Under the pieces are notes generated by a model that made no database searches, was not told the origin of the DNA, and worked only from the letters and a program-made list of their open reading frames with translations. From a virus, in the IMG/VR virus record IMGVR_UViG_3300032050_000011: 64,000 nt of DNA. One strand, 5' to 3'. Below are positions 19,141 through 28,842 of the stretch, piece after piece. Positions within the stretch are counted from its first letter, which is position 1. The number at the start of each line of letters is the position of its first letter. The position numbers and the translations under genes are program-made.

Positions 19141-20769
19141 CTAGAGTCTATATTTGCCATTTATAGCATTTATAAGCTGACGTTGGCCATTAGAATAGAC
19201 TAGGCATGATGAGTTGAGCCAAGAACTCGGACCTATATTGTAGCCTAATTTTAATTTTGAACTTGTACCAACCTGCCAAGCACCGCGAAGTATCTCAGGT
19301 GAGTGGCTGTGCCCTGTGACCGAATTTCCATAAGCAAATTCCATAGACTGAAGCCCACCCCTGGCGCCATTGGCCCCCTTGTCTCCATGGGCACCTAGCT
19401 GTATTTCTGCTATGCGTAAATCTTGATCTCGCTTTAACCACTTGATTTTATTGATGCATTTAGGATCTAAATTGGCCATTACTTCTATGCCATAGCGCAA
19501 TGGATCTTCGCTTGTAGTAACGTAATGCAGCGCAAGCTCTAGAAAAGACTTATAGTTATACGGATCATTTTTAAAATCGCCACGCTGAAGAAATCTGTCT
19601 AGAAATTCATCATGATTAGATTTTACGACAACCACCTCATCTGCAAGCATAGTTAGATACTCTAGATCACGTGCTACAATATTCAATTCTTCGCGCAGAT
19701 TAAGTTGACCTAGTTCAGCACGTTTTGCCTTAGTGTCAATATTGTGAGCCTCATGGTGATTAATTGACTTGCCATCAAAAAGATCATGCATAACTAGTCG
19801 CTTTGGCTTAAGCGTTCTGCAGACGTCATCCCATACAATTTTAGTCATAGGACATGTGCTGCCTGAGTGCCAGTCGCCTAGAACAAAAGCCTCTGGTCTA
19901 ACTTTTTTTGTTGCGCCAGATGGCGAATACTCTACTCCAAGATCGATAAGTTTGCCATTATTGTCACATTGAAATTGCCTAAAATGATACTCATCTGAGT
20001 CGCCTATCTCTACTATTAGACCACCCATCACATGATCATAGGCGGCAATATATGCAGTACGATTAGACATATAGTTTGCAGATGTATAGTCAGGCACAGT
20101 TACAGCGCCTGTCGTCATGAGAAAGTGAGGCAATTTAGTATTAGATACAGGGCTAGACTTTAGTCGCTGCTTGGGCGATGCATATACAAAACTGCCCTCA
20201 CGCTGCCCTATTCGACCTAGACCGATTATAGGATCAATGTGCTTGGCAGCTAGCTTAATTGTAGAAAGAAATATATTTGAGTTTAACTCTGTATCTTCTA
20301 AAACAATAGCTTCATTAGTTAATCGCTTATCTACTCTGCCAAGCGATCCTCTGTCTAGATTAGAAGCAGGATCAGAGGCTATGAGTATTAGCAATGCTGC
20401 ATCATTTTTTTTACAATAAGACTTAACAGATTTATACATCTTATTATCAAGCTCACAGCCTGTAACAGCTGTTGTGATAACAAATTTTTTGTTGTTTGCT
20501 ACAGTTGATCGTAATTTATCTAGCTGTTGCTCGGTCATTAAATCTTCAATGTAAACATCTAGAAAACACCTAGGATACTTCCTACGAGCCTCTTCATCAA
20601 GATTAGACAGAGATCCGTAATGATGCTTGAGCATGTCTTTTGTATATTCTGTATTAGAAGTAAAGTCTTCTACACTAAGATCACAGCGCATCTTCTTACG
20701 AAGAGTCGCATAATCTCGCAGCATAGTCTTCTTCTTATCTGAGACGTTGTTTTGCTTATTAGTTGTCAT
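19141..20769 (-). CDS. A1: T5 A1-like metallophosphoesterase-fold nuclease
   Basis: KKFVITTA, TTGAVT..DY, GDWH, HDLFDG.SINHH, SNHD, HGDKGANGARG, GHSH, GYNIGPSSW, YSNGQRQLI match the T5 A1 motif order and length as I recall it. Confidence 0.8.
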   Translation of the reverse strand: MTTNKQNNVSDKKKTMLRDYATLRKKMRCDLSVEDFTSNTEYTKDMLKHHYGSLSNLDEEARRKYPRCFLDVYIEDLMTEQQLDKLRSTVANNKKFVITTAVTGCELDNKMYKSVKSYCKKNDAALLILIASDPASNLDRGSLGRVDKRLTNEAIVLEDTELNSNIFLSTIKLAAKHIDPIIGLGRIGQREGSFVYASPKQRLKSSPVSNTKLPHFLMTTGAVTVPDYTSANYMSNRTAYIAAYDHVMGGLIVEIGDSDEYHFRQFQCDNNGKLIDLGVEYSPSGATKKVRPEAFVLGDWHSGSTCPMTKIVWDDVCRTLKPKRLVMHDLFDGKSINHHEAHNIDTKAKRAELGQLNLREELNIVARDLEYLTMLADEVVVVKSNHDEFLDRFLQRGDFKNDPYNYKSFLELALHYVTTSEDPLRYGIEVMANLDPKCINKIKWLKRDQDLRIAEIQLGAHGDKGANGARGGLQSMEFAYGNSVTGHSHSPEILRGAWQVGTSSKLKLGYNIGPSSWLNSSCLVYSNGQRQLINAINGKYRL

Positions 20770-21151
20770 TAAGGCATTCCTTTAATATATATCTATTTAT
20801 GTACCAGATTGCTTTTTGCAAATCTTCTTTTGTTCTTGTCGGATCTTTTTTACCTGCACGTGAAATATACTTTAGAGCATTAGCGAGCCTAAAGTCTAAT
20901 TGCCAGTCTTCAATAACGTCAATTGGCTCTATGGTTGCAAAATTGTAGTGCTTAGGCTTATTGATTACATCTTCTTTTTTGGCAGTGCTGCTAGTCTGTC
21001 TGAGTTTAGCAAATCTAGTTGAATCCTCTTCAAGATAGGTTTCTTGTGGAAGATTTCTTATGATCGCGCAATTACTGCACATACTGTCATTTTTAGAATA
21101 TATATCTATGTGTGTATTCATGCCACATTTAGTGCAAGGCCAAACGCTCAT
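20759..21151 (-). CDS. Zn-finger + DUF3310 (T7 gp1.7-like nucleotide kinase) protein
   Basis: CTKC/CSNC; VINKPKHYN...EPIDVIE...NALKYISRAGKK...EDLQKAIWY. Confidence 0.85.
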   Translation of the reverse strand: MSVWPCTKCGMNTHIDIYSKNDSMCSNCAIIRNLPQETYLEEDSTRFAKLRQTSSTAKKEDVINKPKHYNFATIEPIDVIEDWQLDFRLANALKYISRAGKKDPTRTKEDLQKAIWYINRYILKECLNDN

Positions 21152-21594
21152 CGATCCTCCCAGAGTTTCTTATATATCTTATCGCTTCTAGGCTGTCTTT
21201 TACCGCTGAATGTTTCCAACGGTTCTTTTACTACGAATATAGCACTCTCTAATTCTTCAGAGTCTTTAGTAGAAGACTGCAACGCCAAATAAACATTTAG
21301 ATAATGTGCACCCATAGCTTCATTGCCATAAACTACACCTTTATCTGCAGTTATAGCAAAGCATGGTCCTACAATAACATTCGACACAATTTTAGTTATA
21401 TCATGAGATACCTGAGCGACTATGCTTGGTGTTAAATCTGATCTAAAATTTAAATGTAGTACTGTTTTTTCGTACTCAGCAAGAACTACTGGCCTTGCAT
21501 CATCTAAGTAATATATTTCGGCAAGATTATCTACCATCTCGGCATAATATCTTCCGTCTATTGCTAGTTGTTTTAGAATTTTTTTAAGTGACAA
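21148..21594 (-). CDS. Hypothetical protein
   Basis: 148 aa; GTATAAT at 21620-21626. Confidence 0.65.
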   Translation of the reverse strand: MSLKKILKQLAIDGRYYAEMVDNLAEIYYLDDARPVVLAEYEKTVLHLNFRSDLTPSIVAQVSHDITKIVSNVIVGPCFAITADKGVVYGNEAMGAHYLNVYLALQSSTKDSEELESAIFVVKEPLETFSGKRQPRSDKIYKKLWEDR

Positions 21595-21645
21595 TTTTAA
21601 TCCTATTTTTTATAATAGGATTATACGATGATTTATATTAATGAG

Positions 21646-22506
21646 TTATGGTACTTTAGGGAGTTTTGTCTGAATAGTATCTGGTGTAGTTGGTACACTT
21701 GGAGATTCAGTTAATTTACTTTTTTTTCTTTTTGGCGTTTCTTCTCCGTGATTATTTTCGCCGTCAGTAAAGCTATTGAGTGTAAACGTATGAGATATCC
21801 AGGGTTTTCCATCTACATGATAGATATCTTGATCATTTGGGTCAACTTGTCCATGTGGAGAGTGGTGTATAGTTACTTTGTCTGGGTGCGAGAAGTCTAC
21901 CTGATAATCTTCACTTATGCCCTCTTTTATATACCTATTTAAACTATCTAATTTATTTTGCCTGTCATTAATCTGTGATGGATCTAGTAGTGAGCGTGAT
22001 TTCGGACTCAGACTTTCTTCAAGTAGCTCTTTATGATAATTGTTTGTAAATTTTTTCTGTAGATTAACTATATGTCGAGCTCTAAGAACGTGCTTCCTGG
22101 TTTCTTTATCATCGCGCTTAATTTTTTTAGTATTTGAGGTTAAGAAAAAACGTTCAGGGTCTTTATTTACTGCGTTTATAAGATTTGCATATATTTTACG
22201 CTGATTTGGAGTTACTTCCCTTCCTCCTCTTTTTTTAATTGTGTTATTTACACCTAAAAAAAATGTACCAAGTGTTTCTTTAATTTCTTGACTTATTCTT
22301 TCTTGATCTGCTTTGTTAGAGTGCCAATCGTACGCGCCTAAGCTATGATTCCATATTGGTGTGTATGGGCCGTTCGGATGCTTATCGTTCTTACTTACTG
22401 GAGGTTTAGCTTTTATTAAAAAATCTATGTAGTCTTCTCTAGAGATATGTAGTTTCTCAAGAGTTGAGTCTATATTTTTATGAAGGATCCAGTTGTTCCA
22501 ATTCAT
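21646..22506 (-). CDS. Hypothetical protein with WNNWILxKN leader
   Basis: Probable start MNWNNWILHKN (ATGA overlap); leader shared with neighbour. Confidence 0.7.
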   Translation of the reverse strand: MNWNNWILHKNIDSTLEKLHISREDYIDFLIKAKPPVSKNDKHPNGPYTPIWNHSLGAYDWHSNKADQERISQEIKETLGTFFLGVNNTIKKRGGREVTPNQRKIYANLINAVNKDPERFFLTSNTKKIKRDDKETRKHVLRARHIVNLQKKFTNNYHKELLEESLSPKSRSLLDPSQINDRQNKLDSLNRYIKEGISEDYQVDFSHPDKVTIHHSPHGQVDPNDQDIYHVDGKPWISHTFTLNSFTDGENNHGEETPKRKKSKLTESPSVPTTPDTIQTKLPKVP

Positions 22507-23027
22507 GGCTGAGTTGTCTTTGCTGCTATTGGCTGCCAATTATTGTTACTTAGCGAGTGAGTTGGTTCAGGCATCTTGCTGCCATAAGGAATCACGTGGG
22601 CCTTTATTGTTTTTTGACCACTGTTAAGTGCTTTCCACGCTCTATGCGAACCATCAGCTATATGATAACCACCATCTGCTTGACCCATTACTACGATAGG
22701 ATACTTTAGATCTGACGCTTCAGACCTTGTGTTAAACGCTGGTGAGTTTATGGGTTCATCTGCTTTAAATCCAGTGTGATTCTGAAACAAATGACTTAAA
22801 TGAGATAAATCAAAATCTTGCGCTGGATGATTCGACTGCGCGTGAGACACTAGCTGACCAACGTTCCAGCCTTTACCAGATTCATTATCTCCGTATACTT
22901 GATTTTTCCAGTCTATTTTGGCTAACTGATTAACTGTTTTAATATAGTCATTTTTAGATAAGCCTAGTTTATCTAGGGTAAATTCAGCATTTTTTTGAAG
23001 TATCCAGTTGTTCCAGTCGGTGCGCAT
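22503..23027 (-). CDS. WNNWILxKN leader + ParB/Srx-like domain
   Basis: YPIVV...YHIADGSHRAWKA...TIKAHVI. Confidence 0.75.
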   Translation of the reverse strand: MRTDWNNWILQKNAEFTLDKLGLSKNDYIKTVNQLAKIDWKNQVYGDNESGKGWNVGQLVSHAQSNHPAQDFDLSHLSHLFQNHTGFKADEPINSPAFNTRSEASDLKYPIVVMGQADGGYHIADGSHRAWKALNSGQKTIKAHVIPYGSKMPEPTHSLSNNNWQPIAAKTTQP

Positions 23028-23041
23028 ACTTTTTCTTCAAT

Positions 23042-23068
23042 AAAAAGGCGACCGAAGTCGCCTTTTTT
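23042..23068 (-). terminator. Intrinsic terminator after major capsid gene
   Basis: Minus strand AAAAAAGGCGAC-TTCG-GTCGCCTTTTT (cUUCGg loop); could act bidirectionally. Confidence 0.92.
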
Positions 23069-23090
23069 AAATTAAGCTTTTAGTCTAAAA

Positions 23091-24539
23091 CTATTTGCCT
23101 ACGTTTCTGAACAAGCAGTTGAATCGTGGAGTGTACACGAAAAGTGCTCCGTAAAGAACAATCGCGAACTCAAGTGCAGTCGTAACGATCGCAAAGTTGA
23201 TTTTAGAAAGAGGAGCAAGTTGCTTGAAGCGCATACATTCAGAAGACATGTCAAGTAGGAAAGCTTCGCCAAGACCAGCGCCTTTAGCACCAGAATCAGT
23301 TATGACTCCAGCGGACTTGTAATTTCCGATGAAAGCTTCAGAACCAGCAGCAGCACCAGCAGCACGACGATAAACTTTATAGAATTTAGCGCCCGATACA
23401 ACAGCTACATCAATCTGAGCAGATCCATTAGATTGAACAGTGATAGTGCCAGAAGTTGCTGGAGATCCTTCTCCGTGATCATTAACTGCAGTCACTGAGT
23501 AAACAAAATCTTCACCGCTAGTTAAAGATCCAACTGGGTTTGATGGAGCAACAGGGGCTGCTACAGAAGTTGGAGCAGCTGGAGCACCAGCGATACCTAC
23601 TGAACGAACTCGTCCACGCGGACGTAGGAAAAGATTCGGTTTGAACTCGATGCTACCAGCAGAAGTAGTCATCTTGCTTACATCGTAACCTACTGTTTGA
23701 TTGCTCAAACCTGGGTTAGATCTAAATTGAGGATAGAATTGTTTAATAAAAGAACTTAGAGCAAGTGGCTCAATATGAAGATCGCTTGGAGATCCAAAGT
23801 TCTCAAGAGCAATAACTGCTAGATCTTCTAGATCGTCCTGAGTAAGAACTGCACCAGCAAGATCTTTAGCGATAGAACGAGATTCGCCCCATCCTTCGAA
23901 TTCTTTTGATTTTTGTTGAGTATCTTCGTCACCTTTTAAAAGCTGCTGAAGAAGACCGTTCATGGCAATTGAATTTGCTGGAAGATCTGAAAGCGCACCG
24001 TCTTGAGCACCTGTAGCTGCATTAGCAAAGTGAGCATGACCCCAGTACATTTCGCGCTCAACACTCTTAAGAAGGTGCATTGTTCCTTCTTTTGCTTGTT
24101 GCGCAACAACATCACCAACAGTTGAACGAACCAATGTCATCTGGTGACTTACCTTACGGCGAGTACCAAAGAACACGATCCTTTGACCATCTCTGATGTA
24201 TGTTGAATCTTCTTCACGTGGTGCTCCACCTTCTCCGATATATGGAGATGAGTCAGAGCCGACGCCGATTAAACGGTTATATTGCTCGAATAGGTTATAA
24301 GCTTTGTCTACTGAAATAGCTGGCCACATTTTCAAGTTCTTCATGTCGAAAGTAACACTCTTAAGAGTACTTTCTAATGACTCAGCCTGAAGCACACCGC
24401 CATAAACTAGGTCAGTTGGTTTACCCGCACCGCCGTATCCAGCAGTGAGAGCCTTGTTAAGAGCCTCGATTTCTTCAGAAGATACAATCCCCTGCTCTAG
24501 CCCCTGATTGATTTGGTCTACAGTTTCGTTTCTGTACAT
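23091..24539 (-). CDS. Major capsid protein (Herelleviridae-like) with Ig/FN3-like insertion
   Basis: LNKALTAGYG...GGVLQAESLE, F.GEGG.P, EREMYWG, LAPLSKIN..YGAL; YSVTAVNDHGE...YKVYRR insertion; strong SD and terminator. Confidence 0.92.
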   Translation of the reverse strand: MYRNETVDQINQGLEQGIVSSEEIEALNKALTAGYGGAGKPTDLVYGGVLQAESLESTLKSVTFDMKNLKMWPAISVDKAYNLFEQYNRLIGVGSDSSPYIGEGGAPREEDSTYIRDGQRIVFFGTRRKVSHQMTLVRSTVGDVVAQQAKEGTMHLLKSVEREMYWGHAHFANAATGAQDGALSDLPANSIAMNGLLQQLLKGDEDTQQKSKEFEGWGESRSIAKDLAGAVLTQDDLEDLAVIALENFGSPSDLHIEPLALSSFIKQFYPQFRSNPGLSNQTVGYDVSKMTTSAGSIEFKPNLFLRPRGRVRSVGIAGAPAAPTSVAAPVAPSNPVGSLTSGEDFVYSVTAVNDHGEGSPATSGTITVQSNGSAQIDVAVVSGAKFYKVYRRAAGAAAGSEAFIGNYKSAGVITDSGAKGAGLGEAFLLDMSSECMRFKQLAPLSKINFAIVTTALEFAIVLYGALFVYTPRFNCLFRNVGK

Positions 24540-24555
24540 TGTCTATCTCCTTAAA

Positions 24556-25236
24556 TTATCTCAGCCCGTATTTACTGGCAATTTCTACAACTGTTAAATC
24601 ATTACCTGTTTCAACTTTAAAAATGTCGGCAGAATCTACTTGTGTACCAGACTTTTTAAGTTCAAACAATTTATTAGCTACCTGCGACTTTGAAAGAGGC
24701 GCAATTTCCTCTTGTGACTTATGAAGAGGCGATACTCCTGCTGGAACTCCACGACGTTGAACTGGAGCATCAGCTATTGCCTCTACGATATTTACTAATC
24801 TAGAAATAGTTTTTTCTAGATCACCAATTTTCGAGTCAACATATGACTTCATGAGATCTTGAGTATCTCTGAGAGACTTTTTCATGTCCTCTTTTTTACT
24901 CATTTTTTTCTTATCCTCATCTTCGTCCTCATCTTCGTCTTCATCTTCGTCTTCATCTTCAGCTTTATCCATGCAGTCAGCCTTATCCATATCGTCTTCG
25001 GCCTTGTCCATGTCATCATCTCTTTCATCTTCTTCGTCTTCTTCTTCATCTTCGTCTTCGGCTTTTTTGGCTTCTAGTTTGCCATTTTTAGACTTGTCGG
25101 AAATTCCGCTCTTGTCATCGCCTAGAGAAATTTCTGAAGCTGCGAATTTAGATTTCTTAATCTCTTCAATTTCTTCAAGTGTTTCATCAATTAAAGAAGT
25201 GAGAGATTTTACCATTTCTTCGTTAGTGAATTCCAT
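24556..25236 (-). CDS. Capsid scaffolding protein
   Basis: Directly upstream of MCP; poly-ED tracts, repeated MDKA/MKKS, coiled coil. Confidence 0.7.
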   Translation of the reverse strand: MEFTNEEMVKSLTSLIDETLEEIEEIKKSKFAASEISLGDDKSGISDKSKNGKLEAKKAEDEDEEEDEEDERDDDMDKAEDDMDKADCMDKAEDEDEDEDEDEDEDEDKKKMSKKEDMKKSLRDTQDLMKSYVDSKIGDLEKTISRLVNIVEAIADAPVQRRGVPAGVSPLHKSQEEIAPLSKSQVANKLFELKKSGTQVDSADIFKVETGNDLTVVEIASKYGLR

Positions 25237-25267
25237 AGTAGCTTCTCCTTAAATAAACTTCTTTATA

Positions 25268-25618
25268 TTATTGGCCCATTCCGTTAAGATCAGCATGACC
25301 AGGCAATTCGCCAGCAGGAATAACTACTGTATTGGCATGGCCGCATACGATACGTAGAACCTGAAATTCAGCAATAGAAGCTGGATCTGTATCGAGCACG
25401 ATTTTTCCAGGATTGGCTACGCCGATCCCTAAAAAAGGAGACGCTGATGAATCAATTCCCATCATTGGGGATGTTGCTGGACTTAGCACAGCTGCATCTT
25501 CATAAGAAATTTCTATTCCTTCAGCAATAAGAAGATCAGCGCTAGGTCTAGATACTGAAAGACCTCTCTGCTGACAGTTTCTCTGGATTTTATCCAAAAT
25601 TTGTACGCTCATAGCCAT
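25268..25618 (-). CDS. Hypothetical head-operon protein
   Basis: SD AAGGAG; first gene of the scaffold/MCP unit. Confidence 0.7.
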   Translation of the reverse strand: MAMSVQILDKIQRNCQQRGLSVSRPSADLLIAEGIEISYEDAAVLSPATSPMMGIDSSASPFLGIGVANPGKIVLDTDPASIAEFQVLRIVCGHANTVVIPAGELPGHADLNGMGQ

Positions 25619-25654
25619 TGTTTGTCTCCTTTACGAGTTCATTAAAAAACTTAC

Positions 25655-25721
25655 ATATTACAATGTATCAGATGTTTAAGCTTAAACAGTCTAAATAGCT
25701 GATACTGTTATAGGATTATAC
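25655..25721 (-). promoter_or_regulatory. Capsid operon promoter and structured 5' leader
   Basis: GTATAAT (25715-25721); leader with GTATCAG/CTGATAC stem around palindrome TGTTTAAGCTTAAACA. Confidence 0.6.
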
Positions 25722-25745
25722 TTAAATATACTAAGTTATTGATTT

Positions 25746-27311
25746 TTATGACTTTAATGAATTTATTCTATATAAACTAAAATTCTGCTTGCATTCTCTG
25801 CACTTTACCTGATGCGGCATAAAAACTTGCTCATGCCCGCAATTATCGCAAGAGATATAGTCTAAAGATTTACTCATGAGTTTATTTTTTAGTTTTTTTT
25901 TACGCTTAACGTCTAGACTCTGAGTTTGAATGACTCCGCCGCCAACCATATCTGTGGGTGCACCAGCTCCGCCGTAGCCTGCAAGTAGTGCTTTTTTAAG
26001 TTTTTTCTTGATCTTATTTCTTTTAACTTCTATATCCGCGGTAGCAGGGTTTTTTTCATCAAAACCATATTCTTTATTTGATAGTTTTATATTGTTGTCA
26101 CCCAGTCTAGAATTATGCTCTCTTGTTGTGTTATTTTTTTGAGATTCTAATTCTTTATGAATTTTTGTGGCATGATCTTTAACTTCAACCGGAGGTTGCG
26201 CAATATAGTGAGCCGCATGACCCATTGCTAAAGAAACTGCCAAGCCTTTTGCTGCTCTAGATACATCGCTCTTGTCCATGTCATCAGATTTAGCTATATG
26301 CGCATCATATAGTCTTCTTGCCTCGTTTACGTTTATCGATAAACCCTGAGGATGCGGAGTGTTTTTAAGCTTATTAATATAGTCTACCATCTGTTGGCGT
26401 TGTGGATGATCTTCTGGAATCTTGCCTTTGCTGTGCCATTGTGTCACAAAATCTGGATGCTGGAAACTTTGAGCGGTATTGACTGGGGTACTAAGTTTGC
26501 TAACGCCAGCAGCTCCGCCTATTAAGCCCATATGATTTATCTTCAATAGTTTGCTAAGTTCATTTATCTTGCGAATATTATTTTCAATTTTATTGAAAAC
26601 TGCATTCTTCATTATTACTTCTGGTTCTGGCAAATCTATGTCTACCTGTATACCAATTTTTGCTGAAAGTTCTTTTATTTTTATAATATTGTCGTGTATT
26701 GAGTTTGCGGAGGCATGGCGCTGTATATGCCTAAAAGAAGGCACATTAGTTTGTGCAAGATGCATAACTGACTTTATAAGTTGCTTGTCTGCTTCCCAGT
26801 CTATATTGCTCTTATTTATCTCTAGTGGCTCTACTAGAGTTGCATTGTTTGCTGGTGTAAAAGTAAGTGCTACTGAATGTATTTTTGTTCTAGCTAGTCT
26901 GGATGGATCACTGACTCCGCGAGCCATTACACCGCCCTCTACAGATGCCTTCATCACTAATGGCGCGTCTTCTCTATGTATATTTCTTAATATAGCTGCT
27001 GCAGCTTTTGCGTTAGGGTGATCTTCGTTGTTAAAGAGATAGCCCTTGGCATATATAAAAGGAGCCTTTATCTTATCCCAGTAATATCTATGTCTATCGT
27101 TGTCGCAGTCTTCTGACTTTAAAATTTTTTTAGCTTCAGTTACACGGCCAAGAGAATTAAAGAAGCCTTTACCATGATTATCGTTGAATCTGCCTCTGCC
27201 TTCTAGTAGATCTGCTATATCTGCGCCATCTACGCTAAGAGTTTCGCCCTGAGTATCTTTAAGCTCAGAACCAGCGCACATGTCAATCCACATCTTATTA
27301 TCTTTAGCCAT
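25746..27311 (-). CDS. Prohead protease with long C-terminal extension and Zn ribbon
   Basis: KDTQGETL, FNDNHG, ASVEGG, VALTFTPANNAT; C-term CDNC...CREC. Confidence 0.85.
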   Translation of the reverse strand: MAKDNKMWIDMCAGSELKDTQGETLSVDGADIADLLEGRGRFNDNHGKGFFNSLGRVTEAKKILKSEDCDNDRHRYYWDKIKAPFIYAKGYLFNNEDHPNAKAAAAILRNIHREDAPLVMKASVEGGVMARGVSDPSRLARTKIHSVALTFTPANNATLVEPLEINKSNIDWEADKQLIKSVMHLAQTNVPSFRHIQRHASANSIHDNIIKIKELSAKIGIQVDIDLPEPEVIMKNAVFNKIENNIRKINELSKLLKINHMGLIGGAAGVSKLSTPVNTAQSFQHPDFVTQWHSKGKIPEDHPQRQQMVDYINKLKNTPHPQGLSINVNEARRLYDAHIAKSDDMDKSDVSRAAKGLAVSLAMGHAAHYIAQPPVEVKDHATKIHKELESQKNNTTREHNSRLGDNNIKLSNKEYGFDEKNPATADIEVKRNKIKKKLKKALLAGYGGAGAPTDMVGGGVIQTQSLDVKRKKKLKNKLMSKSLDYISCDNCGHEQVFMPHQVKCRECKQNFSLYRINSLKS

Positions 27312-27344
27312 ATAGACTATATTATACTATATTAAGTAGTTAGA

Positions 27345-27695
27345 TTATTCGTCTTCTAGATCTTTTATTATCTTCATTTGTCGAATTTTTTCAATAGCTT
27401 GCTCAGTCATATCTTTAACTGTTTCTATGGAGAGATTGTTCATGTGTGCTATTTCTTTATCTGAAGGTGGCTCATGCAGGTAGTCCGCTACATAATTAAA
27501 AAAACAATAATTAGACATTTGATGATTTATTGACCAAGGACAACCTGGCAGTTTAGATTCTTCATCTTCAGATAATTCTTTATCACTATTTCTAAGTGCT
27601 TTTAATCTTAATACGGCTAGAGGACAAAACTCGCAAGGTAAATTTTCTAGACGTCTTGGGCATCTGGCATCCATTTTTCTTTTTTTACTCTTCAT
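27345..27695 (-). CDS. Cys-rich protein with sigma-70 region 4-like HTH
   Basis: SDKEIAHMNNLSIETVKDMTEQAIEKIR; five Cys in N-terminal half. Confidence 0.6.
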   Translation of the reverse strand: MKSKKRKMDARCPRRLENLPCEFCPLAVLRLKALRNSDKELSEDEESKLPGCPWSINHQMSNYCFFNYVADYLHEPPSDKEIAHMNNLSIETVKDMTEQAIEKIRQMKIIKDLEDE

Positions 27696-27718
27696 GCAGT
27701 TATTAGACTTTTGTAAAA

Positions 27719-28255
27719 TTAATTACTTAAAATCCTCTCCATTATTTTAGAGACGCGCTCTTCCTCTGGTCCATCTATAGTGCTATATTTTATACCATAT
27801 TTATCTAAAAATTGTCTTGTCATGCTATCTACTACTTTTGCTTCATCTTCTGACTGATATCTGCCTCTAGAGTCATATTCTTTACCTCTCTCAAGCAGAA
27901 AATTAAGATGTGTTACTCCGCGCTCTTTAGCTTTTGCCATAAATTTAAGAGCAGCCTCTTCCATAAAAGAGTCATTGTTATAGAAATATTCGTATATAGG
28001 TGCTAGTATAATAGGAGAATCTGTAACTATATAGTTAACCTTCCCATAGAGTGTGTGCTCAAGCTTGCATTGCTCACCAAATATGTTTATCTGATCAAAC
28101 TGAGTTATATGAGCGCCTTGCCAGGCTAGAATTTTAACATATTCTCTAACAAGCTCGACATCCATGTGTCTTAATTTCATATTATAATAGAGACCAGCTG
28201 CGATAGTGGATTTACCTATGCCACTACCGCCTAACATATTGATGACTACCGTCAT
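27719..28255 (-). CDS. P-loop nucleotide kinase (NadR/AAA_28-like)
   Basis: GGSGIGKST; ELVREYVK; IVTDSP; GRYQSEDEA. Confidence 0.8.
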   Translation of the reverse strand: MTVVINMLGGSGIGKSTIAAGLYYNMKLRHMDVELVREYVKILAWQGAHITQFDQINIFGEQCKLEHTLYGKVNYIVTDSPIILAPIYEYFYNNDSFMEEAALKFMAKAKERGVTHLNFLLERGKEYDSRGRYQSEDEAKVVDSMTRQFLDKYGIKYSTIDGPEEERVSKIMERILSN

Positions 28256-28256
28256 C

Positions 28257-28832
28257 TTAACCCTCTTGCTCTGATTTTTCTTCAGTTACTAGTTGCTTCT
28301 TAATAGATAGAACAGTAATATTATGCTTTGCTCCATTAAAATCTGCCTCTACTGTATCATTAATACGTAGCCCTAGCAATTTTTGACGCAAAACAGGGTT
28401 TAGGCATTCACTCATAGGAAACTTAGAACGAAAGATGCCTTGATCTTCTGCTAACTCAGGGGTATGCGATGTAATAGTAATAACGCTATTTTCTGTAACT
28501 AGACCCTCATTATCTATCACGTATCCTTTAATAGTATCTTCTTTGGCGGATGCATTATCAAAATCTACTAGTTTAAGTTGTTCTGCTTTTTTATCTATCG
28601 CATTGCGGTCAAAATTACCAACTTCTAGCATGGCAAGGGTACGATATTGAAAATCATTTAGCATTCCCATAGTAGACGACAGATCACCCTGGGTAACTTT
28701 AAATTGATCTAGGATATGCTTAATCATTGTCTGAGAAACCTGTAGTGCCATCTGCGTATTCTGAAGTGCAACCTCTAGTTCTTTAATTTTAGTCTTAACT
28801 GAATCCTGTTTATTCAACTTTACACCTTTCAT
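28257..28832 (-). CDS. Hypothetical protein (coiled coil + beta C-domain)
   Basis: SD GGAGG; 191 aa. Confidence 0.7.
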   Translation of the reverse strand: MKGVKLNKQDSVKTKIKELEVALQNTQMALQVSQTMIKHILDQFKVTQGDLSSTMGMLNDFQYRTLAMLEVGNFDRNAIDKKAEQLKLVDFDNASAKEDTIKGYVIDNEGLVTENSVITITSHTPELAEDQGIFRSKFPMSECLNPVLRQKLLGLRINDTVEADFNGAKHNITVLSIKKQLVTEEKSEQEG

Positions 28833-28842
28833 AATTCCTCCA

